Source: Octopus sinensis (taxonomy: Eukaryota). Taken from it: DNA of 64,000 bases. This document shows, piece by piece, positions 40,404 to 50,550 of this stretch. The notes under the pieces are model-generated. The model was given only the letters and a program-made list of their open reading frames with translations, did not search any database and was not told where the DNA came from. Position 1 is the first letter of the stretch; each line of letters begins with the position of its first letter. The stretch covers positions 14,632,001-14,696,000 of the forward strand of contig NC_042997.1 of the NCBI RefSeq assembly GCF_006345805.1, given 5' to 3'. The position numbers were made by a program, and so were the translations under genes.

Positions 40404-40598
40404 TCTTTCTTTCAAAATATGTATATACTTATTTTTGTTTGTATTTTTCTTTTTTTTTTTCAGACATTCTTGTTCTTTGGATTTATGATTATGGCATTCA
40501 TGATAGCATTTATTGTTTCAATGGCTTTTGAGGCTCCAATGATTGGTTTAGAACGTCTCATATTGGAGTTGAAAAGGAAGAAAAAAAATAATAACTAA
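4843..40598 (+). CDS. nrf-6: NRF-6-like (nose resistant to fluoxetine 6) / acyltransferase-3 family multi-pass membrane protein; 12 coding exons in window, 5' end not found
   Basis: Manually spliced exons 4843-4939, 8720-8931, 12798-12965, 16296-16389, 17219-17311, 18622-18793, 22092-22171, 25375-25488, 26812-26938, 31338-31524, 38228-38370, 40464-40598 total 1622 nt. Every junction is AG|exon|GT with matching phase. Family motifs in order: LGTLYD, IHGIRFLSMTWVILGHTY, VDTFFLLSG, IHRFWRLTP, WYLSNDMQFY, YVKPYIRIGPY, PLSRLTYCAYLVHP, FEAP. Confidence 0.93.
6045..6735 (-). mobile_element. Two tandem SINE copies separated by (TACA)n
   Basis: 6050-6375 and 6405-6735 are colinear, with tRNA-like heads at the high-coordinate ends. 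Confidence 0.8.
8059..8590 (-). mobile_element. 3'-terminal fragment of the same Tc1 family, interrupted by an RTE-tail insertion (about 8116-8272)
   Basis: TA-CAGTGGTTGGACAAAATAATGGAAACACC TIR; colinear with about 11270-11600. Confidence 0.8.
8720..8931 (+). CDS. nrf-6: NRF-6-like exon (IIISIFLLHIFLGTLYD plus hydrophilic loop)
   Basis: ttattatag acceptor and gtaaaa donor. Lies in ORF 8640-9092; phase 1 end joins exon 12798. Confidence 0.85.
9940..10260 (-). mobile_element. Second RTE-type LINE 3' end with (CAAGT)n tail
   Basis: Minus-strand frame GWRKQCGGQRKTWLMTVKADLEPNLGPHVY...WNKEWLEIMRSLASNRQAWLAFVRDA, ending in caagtcaagtcaagtcaa. Confidence 0.65.
11267..12527 (-). mobile_element. Degenerate Tc1-like DNA transposon
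   Basis: TIRs (TTGGACAAAATAATG at both ends, flanked by TA). Broken transposase: paired-type HTH ORF 12104-12319 (RSTV...SGRKPK) and WKNVIFSNES...TVKHGGRSVMIWG in ORF 11708-11971. Confidence 0.88.
12798..12965 (+). CDS. nrf-6: NRF-6-like exon (DAVSKFLLTFSVYKN...IHGIRFLSMTWVILGHTY)
   Basis: ttttgcag acceptor and gtaagt donor; hallmark acyltransferase-3 N-terminal motif. Confidence 0.95.
13984..15540 (-). mobile_element. Internally deleted Ty3/Gypsy-type LTR retrotransposon (LTR-gag-CCHC-protease-//-LTR)
   Basis: 5' LTR 15250-15540 (TG...CA on the minus strand), 3' LTR 13984-14251, TTAAC duplicated at 13979-13983 and 15541-15545. Gag from ATG 15205, two zinc knuckles (CFRCQGPHMARDC, CYRCRQTGHIARDC), aspartic protease ALVDTG. 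No RT, RNase H or integrase. Confidence 0.92.
16296..16389 (+). CDS. nrf-6: NRF-6-like exon (NLTIIQDF...NAMVSVDTFFLLS)
   Basis: ttttag acceptor and gtatgt donor; VDTFF motif. Confidence 0.95.
17219..17311 (+). CDS. nrf-6: NRF-6-like exon (GLLVSY...YYYIHRFWR)
   Basis: catcag acceptor and gtaagt donor; phase 2 to phase 2. Confidence 0.95.
17830..18350 (+). mobile_element. Decayed non-LTR retrotransposon C-terminal remnant (R4/NeSL-like)
   Basis: Frameshifted peptides SHFEGYALVIQEQEISIRYLI and DITHIISSCPELSLHYYQPVQHDIVVKTLYNEIC resemble the CCHC region of RLE-clade elements. Recognised by eye only. Confidence 0.45.
18622..18793 (+). CDS. nrf-6: NRF-6-like exon (LTPPYMLV...WGDGPYWP...NLLYINNF)
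   Basis: caccag acceptor and gtaagt donor. Confidence 0.95.
20355..20633 (-). mobile_element. Solo LTR of the same family, inserted in an RTE-tail repeat
   Basis: Aligns end to end with 15250-15540, TG..CA ends, GGAAG duplicated on both sides. It splits the host motif ggttgacattaGGAAG|ggcatccagct. Confidence 0.9.
22092..22171 (+). CDS. nrf-6: NRF-6-like exon (CMSWTWYLSNDMQFYIISP)
   Basis: atttag acceptor and gtaagt donor; absent from the ORF track because it is short. Confidence 0.95.
22308..22701 (+). mobile_element. Non-autonomous Helitron (about 395 bp), copy 1
   Basis: A|TC 5' end, subterminal hairpin CCCG-AGCAATGC-CGGG, CTAG|T 3' end, no TSD. Confidence 0.85.
22754..23167. mobile_element. 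MITE with 27-bp TIRs and 8-bp TSD
   Basis: GATCTTTTCCGTTTGAACGGCAGTTTT versus its reverse complement at 23140-23166 (1 mismatch); CATCTTTC at 22746-22753 and 23168-23175. Confidence 0.85.
23915..24075 (-). mobile_element. Third LINE 3' end (RTE-like); plus-strand copy at about 5300-5520
   Basis: YPDVISRDTGIQQQDFRNAMMDHEVWRSMVNSIV followed by a (GAT)n tail; two dispersed copies. Confidence 0.55.
25375..25488 (+). CDS. nrf-6: NRF-6-like exon (SEIVGFVLIGVFSLAQLITTGVVS...)
   Basis: ttccag acceptor and gtaagt donor; hydrophobic segment, phases match both neighbours. Confidence 0.88.
26812..26938 (+). CDS. nrf-6: NRF-6-like exon (YFTDIYVKPYIRIGPYLIGILVGYLL)
   Basis: tttcag acceptor and gtaagt donor; YxKPYxRxGPY motif. 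Confidence 0.95.
27452..27681 (+). mobile_element. Full-length tRNA-derived SINE (GGCGGYRAGCTGGCAGAA family) with 15-bp TSD
   Basis: B-box GGTTCGAATTCC; GGTATCATTGTCCTT on both sides. Other copies: about 45392-45623(-) with TSD CAAACACGCACATACATA, about 61017-61250(-) with TSD TTAAACACTCCTTTCT, about 51808-52040(+). Confidence 0.88.
28405..29080 (-). mobile_element. Penelope-like element fragment (pLTR-like), related to 29478-29862
   Basis: 28410-28545 is about 85% identical to 29583-29716 and carries a degenerate CTGAAGA...GAA..GTC motif on the minus strand. The class assignment is inferred from that motif. Confidence 0.45.
29081..29477 (+). mobile_element. Non-autonomous Helitron, copy 2
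   Basis: Same termini, colinear with copy 1. Confidence 0.85.
29885..30278 (-). mobile_element. Non-autonomous Helitron, copy 3, with internal duplication
   Basis: Reverse-complement termini (A|CTAG...GA|T). An internal block is replaced by a second copy of the neighbouring segment. Confidence 0.82.
31338..31524 (+). CDS. nrf-6: NRF-6-like exon (YVCAVLW...RSVWGLCVGWVIYACCTGYGG)
   Basis: tttgcag acceptor and gtaaga donor; inside ORF 31248-31538. Confidence 0.95.
36180..36880 (-). mobile_element. Decayed mariner (Hsmar1-like N-terminal half) remnant
   Basis: Minus-strand translation with stops: KWFK*FCSGDLSLEDCEHRRRPSVIDDSQLK; TIR-like TATCAAGTTGAGTAAAAAGTAA near 36880. Boundaries approximate. 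Confidence 0.65.
37510..38075 (-). mobile_element. Non-autonomous mariner deletion derivative, both TIRs present
   Basis: TIRs TTGGGTTGTCC(G/A)GAAAGTTC flanked by TA. The N-terminus MEEKKVHFRHLML is fused to the C-terminus GWDVLPNPPYSSVIAPSDFHLFRSL. Confidence 0.9.
38228..38370 (+). CDS. nrf-6: NRF-6-like exon (YVNTILSWKALIPLSRLTYCAYLVHP)
   Basis: tttcag acceptor and gtgagt donor. Confidence 0.95.
40464..40598 (+). CDS. nrf-6: NRF-6-like terminal exon (TFLFFGF...AFEAPMIGLERLILELKRKKKNNN*)
   Basis: Poly-T tract plus cag acceptor; FEAP motif; TAA at 40596-40598. Confidence 0.93.
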   Translation, partial: TFLFFGFMIMAFMIAFIVSMAFEAPMIGLERLILELKRKKKNNN

Positions 40599-42907
40599 CA
40601 AACGGAAGTAGAACAAAAAAAAAAATTGCAAAATTATGGAACAAAAAAAACTCTCAGACCATTCCTAATTATTCACTAACCAAAATTAATTCTCCAACAT
40701 GAATTTTACATTTCAAAATTTCCATTATTCACATGTAAAAATTTTGTATTAAATTTTATAAAAAGAGGAATATAATTTGAAATACACAACAAAAACAAAC
40801 TGCATAGAACACCTTAAAATCTGTTGATAATTTCTTATACAGCCACAAGCAAAGCTGTCTTAACAGTAGAATAGCCCACTAAGTAAACCACTGCAATGAG
40901 GTCCCTACATATATATACATACAACATATATGGATTTACATTGGGCACCTAGATGCATGGGTCCCATATCAGGCAACAACCCAGTGTGCCCTTGCCTTAA
41001 GGTGGCACAGGATACAAGGCCATGAATTTGTGATCGAAGAGCTAGTTGATTATATTGACCCCTTTGAATTCAAGGTGAAGTTACTAAAGAGAATTACCAG
41101 GATCCTAAGAGGCTTTTTTTTTTTGGTGCAAGCTAGCCATCTAATCAAGACATGGAGAGTAGGTATGAAAATAACAGAGGGAACAATAGCAAGGTATGTA
41201 AAATTATGGATGTTGTTTTGTCATATGACAGAAGAAACAGTGAAAAAAATAGAAATATTGAAAAGTATATAGAACTGACCAGAGAAAACTTTGGATTGAC
41301 TAAGCAGAAATTATCTCAGTTATTAGAGGAATGCTGGGAGTTGCATAAGAATATTGAGAAGAACACTGGTACTTGATTTTATTGACCTCAGAAGTGTGTA
41401 AGGCAAAGTTAACCTTGGCAGGCTGTGAACTCGTATTGCGAAGAGCTAAGACAAATACTGCAAAGCATTCTGTCAAATGCTTTAACAATTTCACTAATTC
41501 AGAATAACAACCTTCAACTGCATCCTTTTACATTCTGCATTCAAATCCCACCAAAGTCAACATAGTTTTTCATCCTTCTGATATCATACGAAAAATGTGT
41601 CTGATATTGACTGATATCATACCAAAGATATGTGTCCATTTACCTAAGTTGAAGTGAAGTGAATAACAATTCTTTTTCCTCAGTCAGAAGATCAAAAGAA
41701 AAAAACAAAACAACCTGTATATACTTTAGTTCAAAAGTTCAAGAAATTAGTATTTGATTGATTATACTTTGTTTTTTTTTTTTTTTTCTTGACCCTGGAG
41801 AGATAAAATGCAAAGTTGATCTTGGATTGATTTACAATCAAAATGAAGAGTCACAACAAATAGTGCATAGCTTTTTTTCCTTGCTGTATTTCTTTCACTT
41901 CAATGAGGTTGAATCCTGTATGATCCTAGTTAATTACAAAGTAGACACTGAAAATACAATTGTTTGGATGAATTATTAGAAAAATATACCTTATTATGAC
42001 ATGGAAATCTTTTGTTCAGTTTTCTTTGTCCAGTTAAAATATAGCTCAGCAAATGTCGAACTAAGAACTCTACAACAAATGTGCATCTTGTAAAATAATG
42101 GAATTATACTGTCATACAAGAATTTTACTGATATATTTTCATAGACTTTAATAATGATTTCAAATTTTGGCACAAGGCCAACAGTTTTTGTCAAGTGGGT
42201 AAATCAATCGCATCAACCCCAGTGGTCAACTGTTACTTATTTTATTGACCTCAAAAGGATAAAAGGCAAAGCTGACCTAAGCAGAAATTGAACTCAGATG
42301 TTAACACCTTAGACAGTCGTTAGTTTACCTAAACTGTAGTACTGGCCCAGCCTTCTTTTCTAATAAAAATTGATCACTTCAAAAAAAAAAATAAATAAAT
42401 AAACTTTTTAAATCACAATACCACCAAATAAGCTCTGATTGTATGATATATCCTAATCTTTATTTGGTTTTGCTTAATATGAATATTCGTTCATCATCAA
42501 CTGTTATATTGTGGTAATTTACTACATTCGAAATTGTACAGTGAATATATCAACTTTGTATTTTTTCAACATACTTACTCTTTCTCAACTCCCTCTTTCT
42601 CTATATTTTCTCATCATCTCTTCTTTTTTTCTGAAGATGGACTAATGTCTGAAACATCCAGACATTCTATATTCATTTTGTGTATTAAACTAATATCATA
42701 TTCACAAGACTTTGTTGTTTCTGCATTGTTTTGTAATTGTTTGGCTTTGCATTTTGTGTATAATATATAGACAAGAGGTATTGGTATCTAGAAGACACAA
42801 AGAGTGGCAGGTAACGCTAAGGAAGAGCTATGGACAGATCGTAGCTAAACTCTTGGTTTGATAGGGATACAAGTGAGGAGTTTAATGTGGGTCTTGTATT
42901 AGCATGC

Positions 42908-42909
42908 AC

Positions 42910-42940
<31 letters not shown>

Positions 42941-44322
42941 GTATATATGTATATATGTATATATAATATGTATATATAATATGTATATATATATTATGTA
43001 TATATATATAATATATATGTATATATGTATATATATATATGTATATATATATATTATATGTATATGTATATATATATATGTATATATGTATATATATATG
43101 TATATATGTATATATATATATGTATTATATGTATATATATATATGTATATATGTATATATATATATGTATATATGTTATATATATATATGTATATTGTAT
43201 ATATATATATGTATATATATATATGTATATATATATATTATATATATATATGTATGTTATATATATGTATATTGTATATATATATATATATATGTATATA
43301 TATGTATATATATATATGTATATAATATATGTATATATATGTGTATATATATATGTGTATATATATATGTGTATATATGTATGTGTATATATATATGTGT
43401 ATACATATATGTGTATACATATATGTGTATATATATATGTGTATACATATATGTGTATACATATATGTGTATACATATATGTGTATACATATATGTGTAT
43501 ACATATATGTGTATAATATATGTGTATATATATATATGTGATATATATATGTGTAATATATATGTGTATATATATATATGTGTGTATATATATATGTGTT
43601 GTATATATATGTGGTATATATATGTGTGTGTATATATATATATATGTATATATATATGGTATATATATATGTGTAATATATATATGTATATGTGTATATT
43701 ATATATGTGTATATATATATGGTATATATATATATGTGTATATATATGTATATGTGTATATATATATATATAATATATGTATATATATAATGTATATATG
43801 TATGTATATGTATATATATATATGTATGTATATATATGTGTATTATATATATATGTGTGTATATATATGTGTGTATATATATGTGTGTATTATATGTGTG
43901 TAATATATATGTGTGTATATATATATGTATGTATATATAATATGTATATATGTAATATATATATATGTATAATATATATATGTATGTGTATATATATATG
44001 TGTATATTATATATATGTATGTGTGTATATATATATGTATATGTGTGTATATATATTGTGTGTATATATATATGTGTGTATATATATATGGTGTATATAT
44101 ATGTGTGTGTATATATATGTGTGTATATATATGTGTGTATATATATATGTGTATGTATATGTATATATATGTTATATGTATATGTATATATATAGTGTAT
44201 ATATATGTGTATATATATATGTGTATATGTGTATGTATATGTATATATGTATATGTATATTGTATATATATATATGTATATATATATATGTATGTATATA
44301 TATATATGTATATATATATATG
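42908..44322. repeat. 1.4-kb degenerate (TA)n/(TATG)/(TG) array
   Basis: Direct reading. Similar shorter arrays at about 49490-49975, 51000-51345 and 55945-56300. Confidence 0.97.
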
Positions 44323-44329
44323 TCAGTGT

Positions 44330-45123
44330 GCACGCACGACAGAGTGTAAGCACCCTGAGAGAAATGCTGGACATAAGAAGCATCAGATGTGGTGTGCAAG
44401 AGCAACGCTTGCAATGGTATGGTCATGTACTGCAGATGGATGAGGAGAGATGTGTGAAGAAGTGCCGCTCCCAAACAGTTGAAGGTATCAGGGGAAGAGG
44501 TAGACCCAGGAAGGCATGGGATGAGGTAGTCAAGCATGACCTCAGAGCGTTGGGCCGCACAGAGGCAATGACGAAGGACTGAGATCTCTGGAGAATTGCT
44601 GTGACTGCAAAGACCCGGGCTGCTTCCTGCACCAGTTCCGCATAGCCCCAGCCCATTCAAAGTACCTTGGATTTCAGAACAACCCGCTGTGCTTCAGGAG
44701 ACTGATTGAGTCAAGTACATGAACATCGAAATCTATATTAATGGAAATAGTAGTTGTGATATCTGTGCCGGTGGCACGTAAAAAGCACCATCCGAACGTG
44801 GCTGATGCCAGCGCCGCCTTGACTGGTTTCTGTACCGGTAGCACGTTAAAAGTTCCATCCGAATGTGGCCGATGCCAGCGCTCACGTAAAAAGCACCAAC
44901 CGATCGTGGCCACTGCCAGATTCCCCTGGCATTTGTGCCGGTGGCACGTAAAAAGCACCCACTACACTCACGGAGTGGTTGGTGTTAGGAAGGGCATCCA
45001 GCTGTAGAAACACTGCCAGATCAGACTGGAGCCTGGTGCAGCCTCCTGGCTTCCCAGACCCCGGTCGAACCATCCAACCCGTGCTAGCACAGAAAACGGA
45101 CGTTAAACGATGATGATGATGAT
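44330..45123 (+). mobile_element. RTE-clade LINE 3' end (ORF C-terminus, 3' UTR, (GAT)n tail)
   Basis: [20 protein letters not shown]...GRGRPRKAWDEVVKHDL...MTKD followed by the high-copy UTR ending GGACGTTAAACGATGATGAT. Shorter copies at about 1-84, 16565-16825, 18366-18510, 25620-25838, 30400-30690, 30782-30962(-), 34626-34800(-), 59170-59380, 62155-62330(-) and 62913-63172(-). ORF scraps at about 9600-9760 and 52960-53060. Confidence 0.85.
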
Positions 45124-48100
45124 ATATATATAGCAAAAATTGAAGTGGAATATGGAAACAACAGAAATGGATAAATAAACATAGATCTTTCATCAGCCAT
45201 GGAGACCAAAATCTCTGTAATTTCAGTAAATTCAAATTTCTCAATACAACTCCTCTGATTGTGCCTGTGATAGTAATTGTATAAAGACAAGGACTAAGAA
45301 TGTAGAAGGCAACAACACACAAGTGAGAGAGAAGATTATGGACAGATACAATAACACAAGATATACATACATGCAAACACGCACATACATATAATTCTTT
45401 ATTGCCCACAAGGGGCTAAACATAAAGGGGACAAACAAGACAGACAAAGGGATTAAGTCGATTACATCAACCCCAGTGTGTAACTGGTACTTATTTAATC
45501 AACCCCGAAATGAGGAAAGGCAAAGTCGACCTCGGCGGAATTTGAACTCAGAACATAGCGCCAGACGAAATACCGCTAAGCATTTCGTCCAGCGTGCTAA
45601 CGATTCTGCCAGCTTGCCACTTTCAAACACGCACATACATAAATAGGCAGATACATATAAATGCAGTAGTATATCAACAAGGCATAGAAAAATAACTCTC
45701 ACCAAGTAACTGCTAGTATATGTGTGTGTATTACAAACACATATCATAGTGAATTATATAAAAAGAAACAAAATATAAAGAATATAACAAAAATAAATGT
45801 TACTTTTATAAAGAACACTTTTAGTTATGAGCTATTCTTATTGGAACTTAATCTCACACTTCATATTGCTGCTCAACCACTCAAGTAATTAGACATGATT
45901 AAAGGCATTCTAGCCATGACTAATCCATCTAGTGGGGTTTTTTTTCTTTTTTTGGTTGGGGTGAAACAATTTTTCATATTTTGAAAGAAAATACTAAAAT
46001 CCAAATATATATTTTATTTTACTTTGTTTCTTTTTTTTTTCAATATTAAACAAAATCAAAAAGAATAAAAAGAACAAAGACATTATTTAGAGGTAAATTT
46101 TTTTTAATTTTGTTTTAAAGATTTTCTACAGCCATAAATATCTTCTTTATAAACAGTCCAAAGATATTCAAAGAAGATTTACCTGAAATTGTGATACCAA
46201 TGTGTTCATATTTTTGTGTGTATGAATCTGTTAGTATTTCGATTTATGTGTCTGTTTGTGTTCGTCTGAGTATGAATCAGTTTGTATTTGTGCATGTGAG
46301 TCTATGTTTGTGTGTGAAAATATTTCATTTTAAGAACTGCACATCAAGATTAACCATAAACCTTACACAGCCCATACAAGATGAGAAGTAAACTCACAAC
46401 CTTTCCTCATCTGCAAGAAGCTACAATATCTATGTTTGGTTTGTTGATGCATTAAAAAACTTCTTGTGTGTGAATGTGTCGGTATGTACGTGTTCATGTG
46501 ATTTATATATGTGTGTGTGTATAAATATGTGTGTCATTAATGTTTGTATCTATCTATTATCAAAAAAGTGGTATGAGTGTAATGACTTGATAATACATTA
46601 ATGGCAATTGAAGACGTATCAATGTAACCATCATTATACCTTTATGGCAATCAAATTAATATACATGAGGTCATTAAGGTTGTATTGCTCTAACAATCTT
46701 TATAAGAATCATGCTAAACATATGGGCATTTGTTTGACCATTTTATTACCTCTATGATAACTAAAGGTATATCAGTATTAATACATTAACAATATAACCA
46801 AAAGTGTATCCAAATAGCCATTTGATATATTCATGGCAACCAAAGATGTAGCAGAATAGGTGTCATATTATGTGTGGTAATAAAAAATTTATTGGTGTAA
46901 ACACATCTGTCATAACCAATATCAGTGTGTTGGGTAAATGTATTAATAGTTAATGTCATAACAAAAGATGCTTTATTATAAACATCTAAATACATTGTGA
47001 TAACCAAAATTATATAAAGGCAATCATTCTATGGCTACTTCAACCAGACGTTGTCCTGATAACAAAGAATGACTGATGCCATAAAATGTGTATTTCATAT
47101 TTCTTTTGTTTTCTTTCTTCTTTTTCTTATTAACAGAGTAATTATATTTCCCAGTGTCACATGAGTGACAATAATTTCATTAAAATGGTTTCTACATAGT
47201 AAAAGACCTGTCAACAGAAAAGATGCTGTCAAGCTATGAAGATTCAAACTTCAGCAGCATAATGACTAAAAATAAAAGATTCAGCAAGGTGATGGATTTA
47301 AATTTGAAAACAATAATTTAAAAAAAAAATGAAAAATAAAAAATGTATAAAATGTGAAACTGCAATTATATGAAGAGAAAAAAATGACTATTTGTTGATA
47401 GTCATTGTATAAGGGTCATGGTCCAAGTGAGAGAGAATAAATGCTTAAAATCGTTGTTTTGTTACATAAAAAGATATCTAGCCATATAAAATTATTACAT
47501 AGAGTTGTTCTGAAATTTACTTGTTTATTGTAAACAACAGATAGGCATAAAGAATATTTGCATAGGTTAACCAATTCAAATGAAAATAGATCAAGATAGG
47601 AACCAGTGCAAAAAAACCTGTTTGGAAAATTGTTCATGTGAAGAGAAAAGCTGTGTAGAGATTTATCAAAGTGAAGAATATTTTTCATGCAATTGGTTAA
47701 GTGATATTTCAACTGTAATCCCCTGAAATGACTAAGGTGTCCCTTATAAGGTGTAAAGTTTTGCAAAACATAACTATACCACAACGTTGTTTGTTGAGGA
47801 CTATGTCAAACATTATTTTTTTTCTATGATTGGCAAGCTCTGCAGAAAGACTCATAGCAAAAATTCGGATTAATGATCTAGAAGACAGTTTGTAACGTTC
47901 AGTTTTTACATACACTCTATCTTATAATATCAGTATCAGTGTGCTTATTTGTTATTATTTTGAAGGCTATTTTTTGTTATTTATATATAAGTTGTGTCAG
48001 CTATTATTTACTTGAGATTTTTTAAGTACTATTATAACTATAAGCATCATCTTTTAACATGTAGCCATTAAGATAATAATGAGCAAATTCATTCATAAAT

Positions 48101-49180
48101 ACTTTTTTAAAAATGGGAATAATTTTAAGAATATTATTCCTATAAAGTTTAAGCTGTTTACCACAAAGAATTTGTTTATTATTTCTTCTAACCTACTTAT
48201 TTAGATAAACTGATGGTTTATATGTGGAAAATTATATGAGTTTTGACAAAGCCAAATATATTTTTAATAAAACATATCTGAGATTAGACTGGAATATCTA
48301 CATGATTGCATTTTGTAAATTATTCAAAAAATTAACTTCAAAATTAGGCAGAAATTAATATGGTTCAAACATAAAATAATAAAAACTAACATTTTCTTCA
48401 TTTTATGAATTAAATAGCTGAAGATTTGATTTCAAAATGAAATGGAATAACAAACATTTATGCTACAATCAAACATAAAAAGATTTTCCTTAAATATAAT
48501 TAAATAATCAATATTGGAAACAAAATCAGATTTTCAATACTTAAACTATTTTAGTATTGTCTTATTAATTAAAATTTCTTAAAAAAAAAATTATTTCAAT
48601 TATCTTATGGCTACAATTCTGTTTAGTTCTTCCTACATATAATAACAGCTAGAGTTTAAGGCCACTGCTGTTGTATGTAGATTAAAACTGTCCTTACAAA
48701 CAACATACCTGTGATTAAATTTCAAATAATTACTATGAATATTTGGTTTCAGCACAGTTCATACTTCCACAGATTTTATCAAACAAGCAACAAATGTAAA
48801 TGTTACATTTCAAAGTAAGAATTGCGAAAAGCAATACTTTATATTAATTTCAAAACTATTACCCAGTTATTTATTTTATGATCTAATCATTAAGTAAAAT
48901 TAGCTGTCCTAAAGAAATAGAAAATCAAATCAAATACCTTATCATCAATTTCAGACAAATTATTAGTTCCTCACTAATTATAATAGGTATGACTAATATA
49001 TCTTATATATGTAAATAGCACCATACAGATAAATATTATGTTTGATTAAATGGCATTATCATTTAAATATTAATTATATTATCTAATATATGCACCTAAA
49101 ATTAATTATAGAACAATATTTTTTGTTTAAGCTACTAATATGAGATTAATTTTTTGCCTCAATTATAACAACCAATACAA

Positions 49181-49222
<42 letters not shown>

Positions 49223-49522
49223 TAAGTTACTCACACAAAATTTAAAAAAAGGAAACTTAAGATTATATAACTCAAAGTGGAAAGGAATTAACATAAATAT
49301 TAATAATAATAATTGCAGCCATATTTTAAATAAAAATAACAAAATAAAGTAAAGGCATCCATTTCCTTTAAATCACAGAAAGTAAGGCATAAGGCAAAAG
49401 CAAAATATACAACAAAATTGTCCATACAAGGCCATACATGGGATAGGTTAAGAGGGCAAGAGCCCAGGCCTCAGCATTTTGGAGTGAGGTATATGTATAT
49501 AAAGATATATATATATATATAT

Positions 49523-49573
<51 letters not shown>

Positions 49574-49993
49574 GTGTGTATGTATCTATATATATATATA
49601 TATTATGTATATATATATATATATGTTATATATATCTATATATGTATGTGTGTGTGTATGTATATATATATATACATATATATATACACACACATGTATA
49701 CATATATATATATACATATATACACACACACATACATACATATAAACACATATACACACACACACACATACATATAAACACATGTATACACACATATATA
49801 TATATATATATATAATACATACATACACATCTTCACACACACACACAAACATATATATATATACAAGCACATTATATACACTTATATGTGTGGAGTATAT
49901 ATGTGTGTGTATGTGCACATGCATTTGTTTATATATAAATACATGCGTGTATACAATGTACGCACACACATATGTAATAGGAAAAATCAAATT

Positions 49994-50093
49994 NNNNNNN
50001 NNNNNNNNNNNNNNNNNNNNNNNNNNNNNNNNNNNNNNNNNNNNNNNNNNNNNNNNNNNNNNNNNNNNNNNNNNNNNNNNNNNNNNNNNNNNN
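49994..50093. other. Assembly gap (100 N)
   Basis: Run of N. Confidence 1.
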
Positions 50094-50196
50094 AAGAAGG
50101 GACACAGCAGGTATGTGTCTCTAGTGAGGGTAACATCATAGTGCCCTACATCTTTCAACAGAGTCTTAGGCTCAATTCAGATGGCTAAGTGAAACT

Positions 50197-50510
50197 GTGG
50201 AGGCACATGGCCTAGTTGTTAGAGCAGCGGACTCGTGATCGAGGGATCGCGGGTTCGGATCTCGGACCAGGCGATGTGTGTGTTTATGAGCGAAACACCT
50301 AAACTCCACGCACCTCCGGCAGAAGGTAATGGAGAACTTCTACTGACTCTTTCACCACAACTTTCTCTCACTCTTTCCTCCTGCATCTTGCAGCTCACCT
50401 ATGACGGACCGGCGTCCTGTCCAGGTGGGGAACCTATACGCCAAGGAAACCAGGAAACCGGCCCTTATGAGCCAGGCATGGCTCGAGAAGGAACAAACAA
50501 ACAACAAAGT
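50197..50510 (+). mobile_element. tRNA-derived SINE with (ACAA)n tail
   Basis: A box TGGCCTAGTTG and B box GGTTCGGATCTC; the tail resembles that of about 18950-19170. Confidence 0.7.
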
Positions 50511-50550
50511 GAAACTACTAGAGACTGTGATCAAACCCTGACAGGAGATG

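Noticed and set aside
41030-41376. Two short overlapping ORFs after the NRF-6 stop
   Set aside because: No splice context or recognisable domain. At most a very decayed LINE fragment, too weak to call.
42939-44443. Long Y/I/H/T/C/V-rich ORFs, and similar ones at 49418-50188 and 55797-56415
   Set aside because: (TA)n/(TG)n arrays; one spans an N gap.
44755-44965. CRISPR-like repeat-spacer appearance of the GGCACGTAAAAAGCACC units
   Set aside because: Only 2-4 irregular units inside a LINE 3' UTR, eukaryotic context, no cas genes.
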